From: Anthoceros angustus
Taxonomy: Eukaryota; Plantae; Anthocerotophyta
Length of the DNA: 64,000 nt
Direction: 5' to 3'
Assembly (NCBI GenBank): GCA_010909165.1
Contig: MU008151.1
Span: forward strand, 620,001-684,000
Part shown: in pieces, positions 23,090 through 35,500 of the stretch
Layout of the letters: every line of letters starts with the position of its first letter
Position numbering within the stretch: the first letter of the stretch is position 1
Notes under the pieces: generated by a model
What the model saw: only the letters and a program-made list of their open reading frames with translations
What the model was told of the DNA's origin: nothing
Databases searched by the model: none
Made by a program: the position numbers and the translations under genes

Positions 23090-23672
23090 GGAACATTCTT
23101 GCATCCAATCATATTTTTGTGATTCATAATAATAAAGAATTTAAAAATTAAAAAACATATTTTAAGAAAATATTTTACAACGTAATCTGTATACAACAAG
23201 AAAGCCATGTCATCAATTGCTATTGTAAATGGCCTTCAATCATATTTTTGTGATTAATAATAATGAAGAGTTTTGAAGAAATAAAGAATAAATTTTGAGA
23301 AAAAGGCTTTACAACGTAATCTATAACAAAGGAGCCACGTCATCGCATGCTGTTGTAAATGGCTTCCAATCATATTTTTGTGATTAGTGATATTACTAAA
23401 TATTTTTGAAAAAAATAAAAATCAAATTTTGAAAAAAAAAGGCTTTTACAACATATTCTACAACGAGGGAGCCACATCATCAATCCGTTGGTGTAAATGA
23501 ACACCCAAAAGAGTGCTACATCATCCAACTAGAAACCCCCGTTGTAAAACGAGTCTTAAAACTTGCCACATCAGCAAAACTTAAACCAATTTACAATAGA
23601 GGTTTTTAGACATTGTAAAGATTGGGACATTTACAAAAGGGGTTTTGTAAAACACCCCTCTCCCTAGTACTG
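23090..23672. repeat. Three copies of about 130 bp plus a CACTA-like 3' terminus
   Basis: caatcatatttttgtgatt at 23106, 23237 and 23367; many TTGTAA/TTACAA motifs; ends ccctagtactg, one mismatch from TAGTAGTG. Confidence 0.55.
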
Positions 23673-23889
23673 GATGTGTGCCACGTGGCACCCTTTTCAT
23701 CGTTGGTGATAGTTTCCTAATTCCTTCTTATGCTAAAATACTATTTTCCCTATTTTCCTAATTTCTATTTGCCCAAAATTGGCCTCTAATTGCCTAATTT
23801 CCTATTCTCGCCTATTTATCTAGTCCACTAAAAGACTACATATATAGCTGTCATATCCTTCCTTAATCCTATGCTTCCTACTTTGGTAG

Positions 23890-24120
23890 TTTATCACCTA
23901 CGGTAGTAGGTCATTGACCTACCACGGTAAGTTATACACCTACGACGGTAGGTTACATACCTACGTCGGTAGGTATCCCATATCCTAGGTAAAGCTCTTA
24001 TCTGTGATGGTAGGTGTCTCGCCTACGATGGTAGGTGTCCTCCACTCTTCACCTACCATAGGAGGTGTCTCACCTACGGTGGTAGATTACTTACCTACTA
24101 CAATAGGTGACCCCCTACTG
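23890..24120. repeat. Array of short inverted repeats CCTAC-N4-GTAGG
   Basis: cctacgacggtagg, cctacgtcggtagg, cctacgatggtagg and variants occur in series. Confidence 0.8.
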
Positions 24121-24199
24121 CTCACATATGTTACCTACTCGCATCACCACAAAGTCGTTTCGACCCGATTCTTTTTCCCTGGATACCCTCCTTGCCTTC

Positions 24200-25440
24200 C
24201 TAACAGTATCCTACAACTATAGCTTTAGAAGAACCAAAAAAGTTCTGGAATGTTTCTTCCCAATCCTTCCTATCCAGAAGAAGTTGGACCTGTTTCAAAA
24301 CAAACTCATTTAATCCAGTGGCCCAAACTTTTGCATTCCACACAAGCAAAGGCCTCTCCACTCCAGGCCTTAGATGTACAATATTGAAAGGATGCAGAGA
24401 ATCCTCCAATTCTTCGCTTGTTAGCAATCTTTTTGTCTCCCACAGGTGTATTAGATATGTGCTAAGATAGCAAGGACGTGTTGTGTTAGGCTTGAGCAAT
24501 TTCTCCCCATGGTGGATGTAGGCTTCATACATAATTAACTCCCAATCTAGCCTTTGTCCTTGGGACACCTTCCACAGTTAATGTAAGAATGTATTGCTGA
24601 AGTAGGCGATGTTTTGGCAGTTCACTAAACCCAAGACAATCTTTGCAAATAACCTCCACTTAAGCTCTATCACCTGATCCGTCCTCCAACCGTTCTTGAT
24701 CTTAGCCTTTATCCCTCCTTGCATGAGCGACAAGGCCTCCTTAGGTAGATTCGTGGCGGATGACCGTTCTCCACCATTAGTCCTTTCCATGAGGGTGATT
24801 CCATCATTCTCACTATCCGGCCTCCCGTATACCTGCCTTATGCTCCTTATCGTCCAACACCTTGGATCTGTCATAGCATTCCTTTTAGGCAAGGCAGCCA
24901 ACTCCTCCTCTAACTGGTGCAAGTTCACGGAACATTCTTCAATTAATTCCAAGTTGCAGTATGCCCAAGTTGGAGTTTGCCCAATGCCTGCCATACAGCC
25001 ATTCCAGCTAAATGTTCTCCTATGCTGCCCAAGGCTTAAAATCCGCGAGGTCCCTAGAGGATAATTGCCCCGCAAAACATGTGAACTACGGCATTTCCAA
25101 CTTCCATCCCTCAGGATCTGGTTCCCCTTTCTGAGGCACTTTGCCTTTGCCTGCCCCACTCCCCTTTGTGGGCGTCTTGGCCTTGGCGGCTACCTCCTTG
25201 CCTTTGGTGGTGGTGGGCTTAATCATGGCCTCTTTGCTGAGAGTCTGCACAAAATTGAGGAAGAGAAGCACTTCTCCTGCAATTCTTATGTTAGTTGCCA
25301 GATCCCTACCATGGTAGGCGTCTTTCTTCCCTTACAATTTCCATGCACATACCACGTCCTGGACGTCGCTGTGGGTCACAAATCCCCTAGCCCTTACACT
25401 CTTGCCCTCCAAGCACAAATTCCTCCTCCGGCTGTGACTT
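24200..25440 (-). mobile_element. Remnant of a Gypsy-associated extra ORF (same family as 56450-57250)
   Basis: WAYCNLELIEEC, KNGW..FAKIV, DWELIM and YLSTYLIHLWE align by eye with the ORF downstream of the integrase at 56-57 kb. Confidence 0.6.
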
Positions 25441-26117
25441 AAAAGGAGAATTTCTCTAATGGCATTTTACTGACTCTTACACTTGTTCCAGCAAATTGAG
25501 GGCCCTTCCTCCACAATTTCTCTTCAATCCTATCACGCTCCACTCTTCCTAACACTCCTACCAGAATGCACCCCTTGTATGTGAATGCATTTTTAGTACT
25601 TTCTGATTAAATGGCCAAGAGAAGACAAACAAGCAAGAACTTGGCTCGATAGGAAGAGAACTAAAAAATAAAAAAAGAAACATTAATGATAAATTATGAA
25701 AAATACCTCGGGGCTTGGATGGTCAATCTCTCTCCTATCAAACAAAGGATTTCAAGAGACCTTATTGATTGAGTCAGTCCACCACTCTGGTGCGTGGTTA
25801 TCGCATAGGGATTCTGCAGCGGCGCTGAAGTTTGTGTCTCCCACCTGTTTTTGATCAGAAGCACAAGACTTGTATTGAAAAATTATCTGGTATTTCCCCG
25901 TGGCTTGTGCAAGTCCTTCTTTCCTTGCTGCCGTTAGGTCGGTTGGCTGGGAGCAGCTGTTTCGCTGGATGCGGCAGCCGGGATGGAAAGAAGGAGCAGT
26001 AGGTGAGCCGATACCGCAGCCAACAGCAGTTCTCGTTCGCAGTGCGCGCTATCTCAAGCTCAGGCGCAGGCTGCGAGCAGTTCAACAAGTACAAGATCTC
26101 AAGAACTCGGGGAGAAG

Positions 26118-27386
26118 ATGGAGGCGCTTCCGGTGGAAGTTATCGGCAACATTCTATCCCGTCTCGCAGCTGCCAGGGATGTCACTATCGCGTCTGCAAC
26201 GTGCCGCAAATGGAGGGATGCTGCACGGTACCATCTTCACAGGTTATGCTTCCACCACACGGACTGGTCGGGTACGAAGATATGTCTTCGGAAGAGCTGG
26301 AGGTTGTGATCACACAGACTATCTTGCAAGTGACCTGTCTCCATGAGCTCTCCATCTGCTTTGACAGCGAGCACTGTTTCTCAGCAGCACCGGTGGTAGC
26401 CTGGTTGATGCACACCCGTGGCACCTTGCGCTTCCTCACCTACATGGTTTCCACGCACGAGGTGGCAATTCTGGAAAGATGTGGAAGGCAGAAACTGGAG
26501 AGTCTGGTTATCGGCAGCACTTCTGTGGTTGCTGCTTTGCACCTCGGCTTTCCAAGGTTTCCTTCCCTGGTGTCCCTCACTCTGGAGCAGGTTTACATAG
26601 AGGCTTCAGATATCCCATTGCTTCTCGTGGCTTGTCCAGTACTAGAGTCATTTTCTCTCCTCAGTCTCAAGACAGCCTCCGATTCCGAGCCGTGTGAGCT
26701 CCGAAGTGCCAGTCTCAAAGTTCTCATCATCGAAGACCTGAGAGAGTGTGTGGAGATTGTGCTGGATGCTGGGAATCTGGAAGTCCTCTCCCTGAAAGAA
26801 TTAGAGCTGGAAAGCTTGCAACTCGTCAGCAAGTGCAACCTGCGGGTCCTCCGGCTTTGCAATGTGCATCTCTTGGAGTTGCAGATCGGCGGCAGGGACA
26901 TGCTTGAAGTATTGGAAATCACCGACTCCACGGTCGGCTGGTCAAGGCTGTATGGCATCATATCGGAGGCTGTCAAGCTACGGAAGCTCAAAGTGTGGGG
27001 CCTCCCGGAAGTTGGTGAAGAAGAGAGTATCAACCTGGAAGCCATTGCCATGGCGTGCTCCCAGCTCTACCTTCTATCTCTGGGCTTCTGACCTGTCCCA
27101 TGCCGTGCTTCCGCAGATCTCTTCTCAAAGCCCTATCGTGTTTCCCAAGGTTGGTATGCTGGAAGTCTCGTCTCCTTTTATCAACTCCAACTTTGCAAAC
27201 TGGCTGGAGGGAATGGTGGACAGATGCCCAAGCTTGACCAGACTGACAGTGCATGGCTTGCTCTCCAGCCAGCTGTCTGACGCCAAAGGCCCGGAAGATT
27301 ATCAGGTGGTTGGTGCTTTCACCACTCAAATTGTATCGCTAGCGAGGAAATGTCCTAACCTAGCTGTAGAAATTTGCTACACTTGA
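26118..27386 (+). pseudogene. F-box/LRR protein (At1g67190-like), copy A, two 1-bp indels
   Basis: Nearly identical to 30129..31391, but with a G missing at about 26270 (ggtcgggtac vs ggtcggggtac) and an extra T at about 27089. Could be an assembly error. Confidence 0.85.
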
Positions 27387-27414
27387 CACTTCTTTCAGTA
27401 CTAAAAGGCTGAGA

Positions 27415-27750
27415 ACTTCTGTGGAAGGCAGAGACTGGAGAGTCTGGTTATCGGCAGCACTTCTGTGGTTGCTGCTGTGCACCTCTGCTTTCCAAGGTTT
27501 CCTTCCCTGGTGTCCCTCACTCCGGACAGGTACATAACGGCTTCAGATATCCCATTGCTTCTCATGGCTTGTTCAGTACTCGAGCCATTTTCTCTTCTCA
27601 GTCTCAGTACAACATCCGATTCCGAGCCGTGTGAGCTCCGAAGTGCCAGTCTCAAAGTTCTCATCGAAGACCTGAGAGAGCGTGTGGAGATTGTGCTGGA
27701 TGCTGAGAATCTGGAAGTCCTATCCCTGAAAAAATTAGAGCTAGAAAAGG
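27415..27750 (+). pseudogene. Partial internal duplicate of the F-box gene (CGRQ..LELE)
   Basis: Re-starts at tgtggaaggcaga about 30 bp after the stop of copy A, has no F-box or start, and is truncated at about 27750. Confidence 0.85.
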
Positions 27751-27769
27751 GGACATCAGCTCCCGCCTT

Positions 27770-27884
27770 CCTATTTCCAGATCTGTCCGCCAAGAAGAAG
27801 AAGAAGAAGAATTTTATTTAAGTCCACCTATTTCCAGATCTGTCCGCCAAGAAGAAGAAAAAGAAGAATTTTATTTAAGTCCAC
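27770..27884. repeat. Direct duplication of about 57 bp with (AAG)n
   Basis: cctatttccagatctgtccgccaagaagaag..aagtccac occurs twice. Confidence 0.9.
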
Positions 27885-28293
27885 TAAGGACGGACTAGTT
27901 TTCCAGGCTGCCCTCTGTCTCTACCTCTGTTTGTCATATGCGCTTAGTTTCTGCTTTGGGCCTTGAAAACTATACACGGTCCACGGACCTGGATATGGCC
28001 ACCACATACAACGTGATCCCCCTGATAACTCGGCGACCGACAAGAGGCATATTGCAACTGCATACTGCATCGGGGAGGTCTCGTAGTGACCATGGTAGTG
28101 CAGATCTACAGCTGAACCACTCTGGCTCTGGTTGAGTGAAATCTAAAAACATCTTTCATTTCGTGCCGAGCTTGTTTTGTCTAGCAGTATAATTCACCAT
28201 GTATGATATGGCCACGGTAGGGTAAGGTTTGCTCAACAGTCCGGGCTCACTAACGACTTAAATTGAGTAAAGGTTCATTATTTCAAGCCTTCC

Positions 28294-28838
28294 ATGACAA
28301 TGACAATGAGAGGAACATGGTTTATTTTTTTATCAATCTTAGTTGTTTGTACAAAATATCATATTAGCAATACTTTATACGTTCTTGCAAGAGAAGAAAA
28401 ATACATTTTGAGGCAAGGTGATTATATAGAGTATGATCCATTTAGTGAAGATATAACCGAGCGGCAAAATCACTCTTTAGTTAGAGGCAGGTCATTATAA
28501 GTTTCTCTTAGCTCCTACTTGTAAAGTGATAATAGAAAAAGAAGGTACCTTATATTGGGACAAAAATGAAGTTATTTGGCATTATGGTGTCGTAGTAGAC
28601 GGTTATGCATGTACTAGACTATATCTTATGGACAAAGGTTCTATTGTAGTTTATCGGGGGACGGATCAACAGAATGGTTTATTGAACCTTCAAATCTCAT
28701 TATAAAGGAATCAAATACTTTTTCTCAAATACTTTTTGTTCGTAATTTTCTTCTAGAGGAACTTAACATATTTGTCAAGAAAGTTACCGCGATGATGCAG
28801 GTACTATTCAAGCCGTTTGGAGTAGTGTTGATAATTAA
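28294..28838 (+). pseudogene. Secreted bulb-type (B) lectin-like protein, frameshifted
   Basis: Signal-peptide-like MRGTWFIFLSILVVC..; ILRQGDYI; after a frameshift EAGHYKFLLAPTCKVIIEKEGTLYW..CTRLYLMDKGSIVVYRG; then GDGSTEW and ..IQAVWSSVDN*. The repeated beta-strand/W pattern resembles B-lectin repeats. Confidence 0.45.
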
Positions 28839-30128
28839 ACTAATTAATGGATTCATGTAAGGAGGAATTAATTTATAATCGGACTTACTTGTTGAAGTAA
28901 GAATCAACATGACTTATTGTAAAACCTTCATGGATTTTACTTCGTTATAAAGATATAAATATAAAATATAAATCCAATCCATTTCATAGTACATACTCAC
29001 ATTCGAAAAATCACAAACTAATCGCACAAATTCACTCAAAATTTCTAGCTACATTCTAGACATTTATGACTTAAGTTCCTTCAATAAACTTAAGCCTTTA
29101 GAAATGGTTCACTTTCATGGTTGTATTGTTATTGTCCATTACCTATTTGTAAAAAACGATGACCGAAGACGAGACCACGCTGGCAAATGAAGAAAAAGAA
29201 GGAGAACTCTCTTAAATATCCTTGGCTTCTCGGAGCACGGCCTTCCCATCACTTTCCCTAGAATGTCCTTGGCTTTTTTAAGTACACCCTTCGCACCACC
29301 TTCTATGGAATGACCCTGGCTTTTTGAGCACACCAAAGAAAGTTTTAATGGTGACAGTGTTTCCAAAATAAATAAAGATAATTATCACTATTTTTATATG
29401 TATTTACTACAAGAATCTAAAGTGTCTTGAATATATTGAACAAATATTTGTTCATGGAATTATGCAGTTCATTGCTTATTTTTTGTCATCCCAGGGCCGG
29501 GCATGCCATACTCCCTCGAGTGAGTTCTTCAGTGCGAGTCGTTAGTTGCATAAATAAACTTGAATTAACTTGACTTAATCCATAGAACCTACATACATGA
29601 ATGTATTTTTAGTAATTTCTCATTAAATGACCAAGAAGACAAACACGCAAGAACTTGGCTCGATAGGAATGTGAACTAAATTTTTTAAATTAAAATCAAT
29701 GATAAATTATGAAAAAAACCTGGGGGCTTGAGTATCTATCTCTATCAAACAAAGGATTTCAAGAAACCTTGTTGATTGAGTCAGCCACCACTCTGGTGCG
29801 TGGTTATCGAATAGGGATTCTGCAGCGGCGCTGAAGTTTGTGTATCCAACCTGCTTTTGATCAGGAGCACAAGACTTGCAGAGAAAAATTATCTGGTATT
29901 TCCCCGTGGCTTGTGCAAGTCCTTCTTTCCTTGCTGCCGTTAGGTCGGTTGGCGGGGAGCAGCTGTTTCGCTTCGCTGGATGCGGCAGCCGGGATGGAAA
30001 GGAGGAGCAGTAGGTGAGCCGATACCGCAGGCAATAGCAGTGCTCGTTCGCAGTGCGCGCTATCTCAAGCTCAGGCGCAGGCTGCGAGCAGTTCAACAAG
30101 TACAAGATCTCAAGAACTCGGGGAGAAG

Positions 30129-31391
30129 ATGGAGGCGCTTCCGGTGGAAGTTATCGGCAACATTCTATCCCGTCTCGCAGCTGCCAGGGATGTCACTATC
30201 GCGTCTGCAACGTGCCGCAAATGGAGGGATGCTGCACGGTACCATCTTCACAGGTTATGCTTCCACCACACGGACTGGTCGGGGTACGAAGATATGTCTT
30301 CGGAAGAGCTGGAGGTTGTGATCACACAGACTATCTTGCAAGTGACCTGTCTCCATGAGCTCTCCATCTGCTTTGACAGCGAGCACTGTTTCTCAGCAGC
30401 ACCGGTGGTAGCCTGGTTGATGCACACCCGTGGCACCTTGCGCTTCCTCACCCACATGGTTTCCACGCACGAGGTGGCAATTCTGGAAAGATGTGGAAGG
30501 CAGAAACTGGAGAGTCTGGTTATCGGCAGCACTTCTGTGGTTGCTGCTTTGCACCTCGGCTTTCCAAGGTTTCCTTCCCTGGTGTCCCTCACTCTGGAGC
30601 AGGTTTACATAGCGGCTTCAGATATCCCATTGCTTCTCGTGGCTTGTCCAGTATTAGAGTCATTTTCTCTCCTCAGTCTTAGGACAAACTCCGAGCCGTG
30701 TGAGCTCAGAAGTGCCAGTCTCAAAATTCTCAACATCGAAGACCTGAGAGAGCGTGTGGAGATTGTGTTGGATGCTGGGAATCTAGAAGTCCTCTCCCTG
30801 AAAGAATTAGAGCTGGAAAGCTTGCAACTCGTTAGCAAGTGCAACCTGCGGGTCCTCCGGCTTTGCAATGTGCATCTCTTGGAGTTGCAGATCGGCGGCA
30901 GGGACATGCTCGAAGTATTGGAAATCACCGACTCCACGGTCGGCTGGTCAAGGCTGTATGGCATCATATCGGAGGCTGTCAAGCTACGGAAGCTCAAAGT
31001 GTGGGGCCTCCCGGAAGTTGGTGAAGAAGAGAGTATCAACCTGGAAGCCATTGCCATGGCGTGCTCCCAGCTCTACCTTCTATCTCTGGGCTTCGACCTG
31101 TCCCATGCCGTGCTTCCGCAGATCTCTTCTCAAAGCCCTATCGTGTTTCCCAAGGTTGGTATGCTGGAAGTCTCGTCTCCTTTTATCAACTCCAACTTTG
31201 CAAAATGGCTGGAGGGAATGGTGGACAGATGCCCAAGCTTGACCAGACTGACAGTGCATGGCATGCTCTCCAGCCAGCTGTCTGATGCCAAAGGCCCGGA
31301 AGATTATCAGGTGGTTGGTGATTTCACCACTCAAATTGTATCCCTAGCGAGGAAATGTCCTAACCTAGCTGTAGAAATTTGCTACACTTGA
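30129..31391 (+). CDS. F-box/LRR-repeat protein, At1g67190-like (420 aa, intronless)
   Basis: MEALPVEVIGNILSRLAAARDV.IASATCRKWR F-box, ITQTI, AWLM.TR, ILE.CGRQKLE and W.EGMVDRCP.L match the At1g67190 family as I recall it. Confidence 0.92.
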   Translation: MEALPVEVIGNILSRLAAARDVTIASATCRKWRDAARYHLHRLCFHHTDWSGYEDMSSEELEVVITQTILQVTCLHELSICFDSEHCFSAAPVVAWLMHTRGTLRFLTHMVSTHEVAILERCGRQKLESLVIGSTSVVAALHLGFPRFPSLVSLTLEQVYIAASDIPLLLVACPVLESFSLLSLRTNSEPCELRSASLKILNIEDLRERVEIVLDAGNLEVLSLKELELESLQLVSKCNLRVLRLCNVHLLELQIGGRDMLEVLEITDSTVGWSRLYGIISEAVKLRKLKVWGLPEVGEEESINLEAIAMACSQLYLLSLGFDLSHAVLPQISSQSPIVFPKVGMLEVSSPFINSNFAKWLEGMVDRCPSLTRLTVHGMLSSQLSDAKGPEDYQVVGDFTTQIVSLARKCPNLAVEICYT

Positions 31392-31424
31392 CACTTCTTC
31401 CAGTACTAAAAGGCTGAGAACTTC

Positions 31425-32290
31425 TGTGGAAGGCAGAAACTGGAGAGTCTGGTTATCGGCAGCACTTCTGTGGTTGCTGCTTTGCTCCTGTGCTTTCCGA
31501 GGTTTCCTTCCTTGGTGTCCCTCATTCTGGAGCAGGTTTACATAGCGGCTTCAGATATCCCATTGCTTCTCATGGCTTGTTCAGTACTCGAGCCATTTTC
31601 TCTCCTTAGTCTCAGGACAACCTCCGATTCCTAGTCGTGTGAGCTCTAAAGTGCCAGTCTCAAAGTTCTCATCCATCGAAGACCTGAGAGAGCGTGTGGA
31701 GATTGTGCTGGATGCTGAGAATCTGGAAGTCTTATCCATGAAAGAATTAAAGCTGGAAAGCTTGCAACTTGTCAGCAAGTGCAACCTGCGGGTCCTCTGG
31801 CTTTTTAACGTACATCTCTTGGAGTTGCATATTGGCGGCAGGGACATGCTAGAAGTATTTGAAATCACCGACTCCACGGTCGGCTGGTCAAGGCTGTACG
31901 GCATCACATCGGAGGCTGTCAAGCTACGGAAGCTCAAAGGGTGGGGCCTCCCGGAAGTTGGTGAAGAAGACAGCGTCAACCTGGAGGCCATTGCCATGGC
32001 GTGCTCCCAGCTCTACCTTCTCTCTCTGGGCTTGGACCTGTCCGATGTCGTGGTTCCGCGGATGTTTACTCAAACCCCTATCGTGATTCCCAAGGTTGGT
32101 ACGCTGGAAGTGTCGTCTACTTTAATCAACTCCAACTCTGCAAAATGGGTGGAGGGAATGGTGGATAATCGCCCGAGCTTGACCAAACCGACCGTGCATG
32201 GCATGCTCTCTAGCCGCTGGCCAGGAAAATTACCAGGTGGTTGGTGATTGCACCTCTCAGATTGTATCCCTAGCGAGGAACTCTCCTAAC
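31425..32290 (+). pseudogene. 5'-truncated, frameshifted third F-box/LRR copy
   Basis: Begins at CGRQKLESL after the copy B stop, has an in-frame stop at about 31632 and frameshifts, and decays into short local repeats at 32260-32440. Confidence 0.85.
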
Positions 32291-32578
32291 CTACGTGTTC
32301 CTCGAAAATTGCCTAACCTCCCAACAGGCATACAACTCGAAATTTGCGTAACCGCGTAACAGGTAGGTTAGGCAAATTGTATCCCTAGCGAGGAATTCTG
32401 CTAAGCTTGAAATTCTGCTAAGCTTGACACTTAAAGGCTGAGGCCTCTTGCCACCACGAACGTGCACTTGGGAACCCAACGCTGCCTGGCTGCATAAATT
32501 TACCTACCTACTTTAAGAGAGTGATCTCCCCACCCCTATATACTACTACTAGGTACAAAGATTTGATTGCCTAGAGCA

Positions 32579-33905
32579 CTACAACAAGGGTGCGAGTGTG
32601 CTTATTCCTACCTCCTGAAACACATATATCTGGCCTCGCCGGCCTCTATTTACGCGCATGCTGTCATCGACATACACCAGTTCCCACCGTGCACTCTGCT
32701 GCAGCTCCCTCGGCAAAGCTAACCTAACCGGCGGCCACCCGGCTAGAGCGTTCCCCAATATCTGCGTGGGAACAATTTCGCAGTGCTGGAAAGAAACCAC
32801 GGCGGCTTGGCCATCCTCCGGAGTCTCCCACCTCCCCTGGACGGCCACGCTTATTACACCTAGCGGGCCGAGGCTCACTTCCGCGGAATTGCGCACCGAA
32901 GAGGAGGAGGAAGAGGGGGAGGAGGATACCATCTGCCGAATGTTACGCACCTCCACCCCGGCGATGCGCGGCACATCCTGCTGATCCCTACCCACCTCGG
33001 CCTCGGAAACGTATATGAGACGCCAGTCCCCGGCCACATCCACCTCGGCCTGGGCGCCATCCCCGAGCTCCGCCAGCTGCTGCACCAGGCCCCGGATCTG
33101 CTTCCTGGCCCCGCCCCGGCTGCTCCGCGGGCCTTAGGGCCAGCTCCCCGAGCGACTGCACCAGATCAACCACATCCGCCTTGATTGCGATCCGCTGCAG
33201 CTCCCGCCTCACCAGCTCCGCCTTTGCCGCCGCCTCCAGACTCAGCGCCTCCGCAGCGGCCTCCCTCCCGCGCTCCCCGACCTGCCGCCTTCTCCGCATC
33301 TCGATGGCCATGGGGATGGCCACCAGGGGCGTGAGCACGAACCATCTCTCCCCGAGCGCCACCAGCGTCGAGAGCTCGTAGGCCGCGAACTGCTCGGCCG
33401 CGGCGGATCCCGCTTCCAGCAGGCCCTCGGCCGTCTGGAAGAAATGGAACGGGTTGAAGTCCAGCACCGCCTTGGCCACGTTCCGGAGGCGTATCACCAC
33501 CTCCCGCCTCCACTCCTCCTGCAGCTCCTGGTCCCCGCTGATGAACGCCTTCAGGTCCTTCTCCAGCAGCTCGGGGCTCACCACCGTCTGCCCGCTCACC
33601 ACCGTGGTGAACACCTTGTCCACCACCTTGAGCACAGAGTTCCCGCTCCCCGCCAGCACCACCTCCGCCTGCCGGAACGGGACCGGGATCGGCCCTGCCT
33701 TCGCCGTTCCGCTTCCGCACGGGCAGGCTACCAGGTAGGCCGCCAGCGCCGCGCTCGCCATCGCCTTGCGCGAAATGGCAGGCAGAAACGAGACCCCGGC
33801 CGGTGCCGTCCGGGCAGGCGCCGGGGAAGCTGCCGCGTTACCTTCCTCGCCCCGGAGAGTGCACTGCGGCGGCGCCAAGCACCGGTACCGGGCCGCCATC
33901 GCCAT
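32579..33905 (-). CDS. Plastid PAP/fibrillin-domain protein (intronless, one apparent 1-bp frameshift at about 33110-33130)
   Basis: Ala/Arg/Ser-rich transit-peptide-like N-terminus. The alternative frame reads ARKQIRGLVQQLAELG..VAGDWRLIYVS..VQGRW..RWELVYVDDSMRVNRGRRGQIYVF, which are fibrillin/lipocalin-fold motifs. Confidence 0.7.
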
Positions 33906-34550
33906 TCACAATTCGCTGCTGCTCCTGCCCCTGCTCCTGCCCCTGCCCCTGCCCCTGCTCGTCCTACCGGTGGTGTTGTTGCTGTTGCTTCTCCTTGTTC
34001 CTTGTTGGGGAGACAGCGGCCCCAGGTCCGCAAAGGACGCTCGTCGCAGGACCAACCAACTCCGCCATCACGATACCGAGCAAGCCGGGCCACGAAAACG
34101 CGTCCCAGCAACGTGGTGATCAACGGACCGCCAGCTCTTTACCGGCAATCAGCCGGTCGGCACACACACTACCGGTCGTGGAATGTTGTACAGAGAGAAT
34201 TGCCCATGAGAACTTGTCCCAGCAGCTGCGGAGTGTGAACACAATTTTCGAAACCCGGTCCGGGAGTTGAAGTACATTACTACATAATAAGACTACGTGG
34301 TTTAGAAGGATTTGGTTGCCGCAAGGTGAGTGTCATGACGTAAGAAAGGTTTTTATTGAGGTGAAAAACAATGGGAAAAGTCCATCTATGAGGGGACAAC
34401 CAAAGAAGACGTAAAGAACATGAAAGGATAGATAGATTTTCTATACTAAATCACATAACCGTAAGCTGCCCGACATAGCCAAGTCATTTCAAGCTAAGTT
34501 GTTGTTCAGAAAAAATAATAAGTACAGAATCCCATGTGAGGGTTTTCATA

Positions 34551-34628
34551 CGCTCAAAACATAGGTCTCCTATCCCCCTCAAAACATAGGTCTCCTATCC
34601 CCCCCCAAAACATAGGTCTCCTATCCCT
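34551..34628. repeat. Three copies of about 25 bp (caaaacataggtctcctatccc)
   Basis: Direct tandem copies are visible in the sequence. Confidence 0.9.
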
Positions 34629-35214
34629 TAGACTGTCCCCGTGCGAGAGATCCATCATATGCCCCATCCCTGCTATCATTGACATGGGTTCAACCAGCCA
34701 GCAGCAGTTCAATTAGGTATGGTAGGCGGAGTCGAAAACAAGCCGTAGTAATCAGTCAAAGCATCAGATGAGAACAAAAGCAAAGGGAGAAAAGCACATC
34801 TTATCCATGCACAAAGAGTAAAGCAGTAGTCTATCAACGGTGCATATCATGCAAGTCATTCCCACAATTCGTTGCATGATAGGCTCAGACAAAATATGAC
34901 TCAATGCACTGGTAGGCCACAGCCAAACCCACTAACCAGATGGTCATTGTTTCTAGCGGTCAATTCGTGATGAGCGATAGCAGCATGCAGCGGCACAACC
35001 AGGAGTCGCCCAACCCGTCCAACCCATTCGTCCAAGAAGCGCATCCAAAACACCATTGCCCTCAGCGAACTCTCAACATTCTAGAACGATCCTGCACAAG
35101 ACCACAGAGCTAGAGACAAGCCCCCAGGTCCATAGCATAAACTCATATCGCAAGAGCGGCAAACCATGTAAAACGAGGGCGCCATCAGGAGTCATCGCGG
35201 ATTCCAAAGTAGGG

Positions 35215-35500
35215 GGGAGGGGGAGGGGGAGGGTGAACCAGTTCGTGGCCCATGGCCGATAGGTCACCCTGGCAAGTTCCCAAAGAGCTTAGATGCATCT
35301 TTGGGGGATGGAGTGGGGAGAGAGGAGGAACCACCATCCGCGGGCCCATGGTCATAGGTCATTCGGCAAGTTCCCAAAGAGCTTAACAAGATGCATCTTT
35401 GGGGATGGAGTGGGGAGAGGAGGAACCAGTTCACCATCCGTGGCCCATGGCTGATAGGTCATTCTGGCAAGTTCCCAAAGAGCTTAACAGCATGCATCCT
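35215..35500. repeat. Three copies of about 95-100 bp
   Basis: ggcaagttcccaaagagctta at about 35271, 35365 and 35466. Confidence 0.85.

Noticed and set aside
15127-23672. The two CACTA-like ends as TIRs of one element
   Set aside because: Both TAGTAGTG-like ends face the same direction, their subterminal repeats differ, and no TSD or CACTA transposase lies between them.
33166-34270. Several overlapping ORFs around the fibrillin gene
   Set aside because: They are shadow frames of GC-rich coding and promoter sequence.
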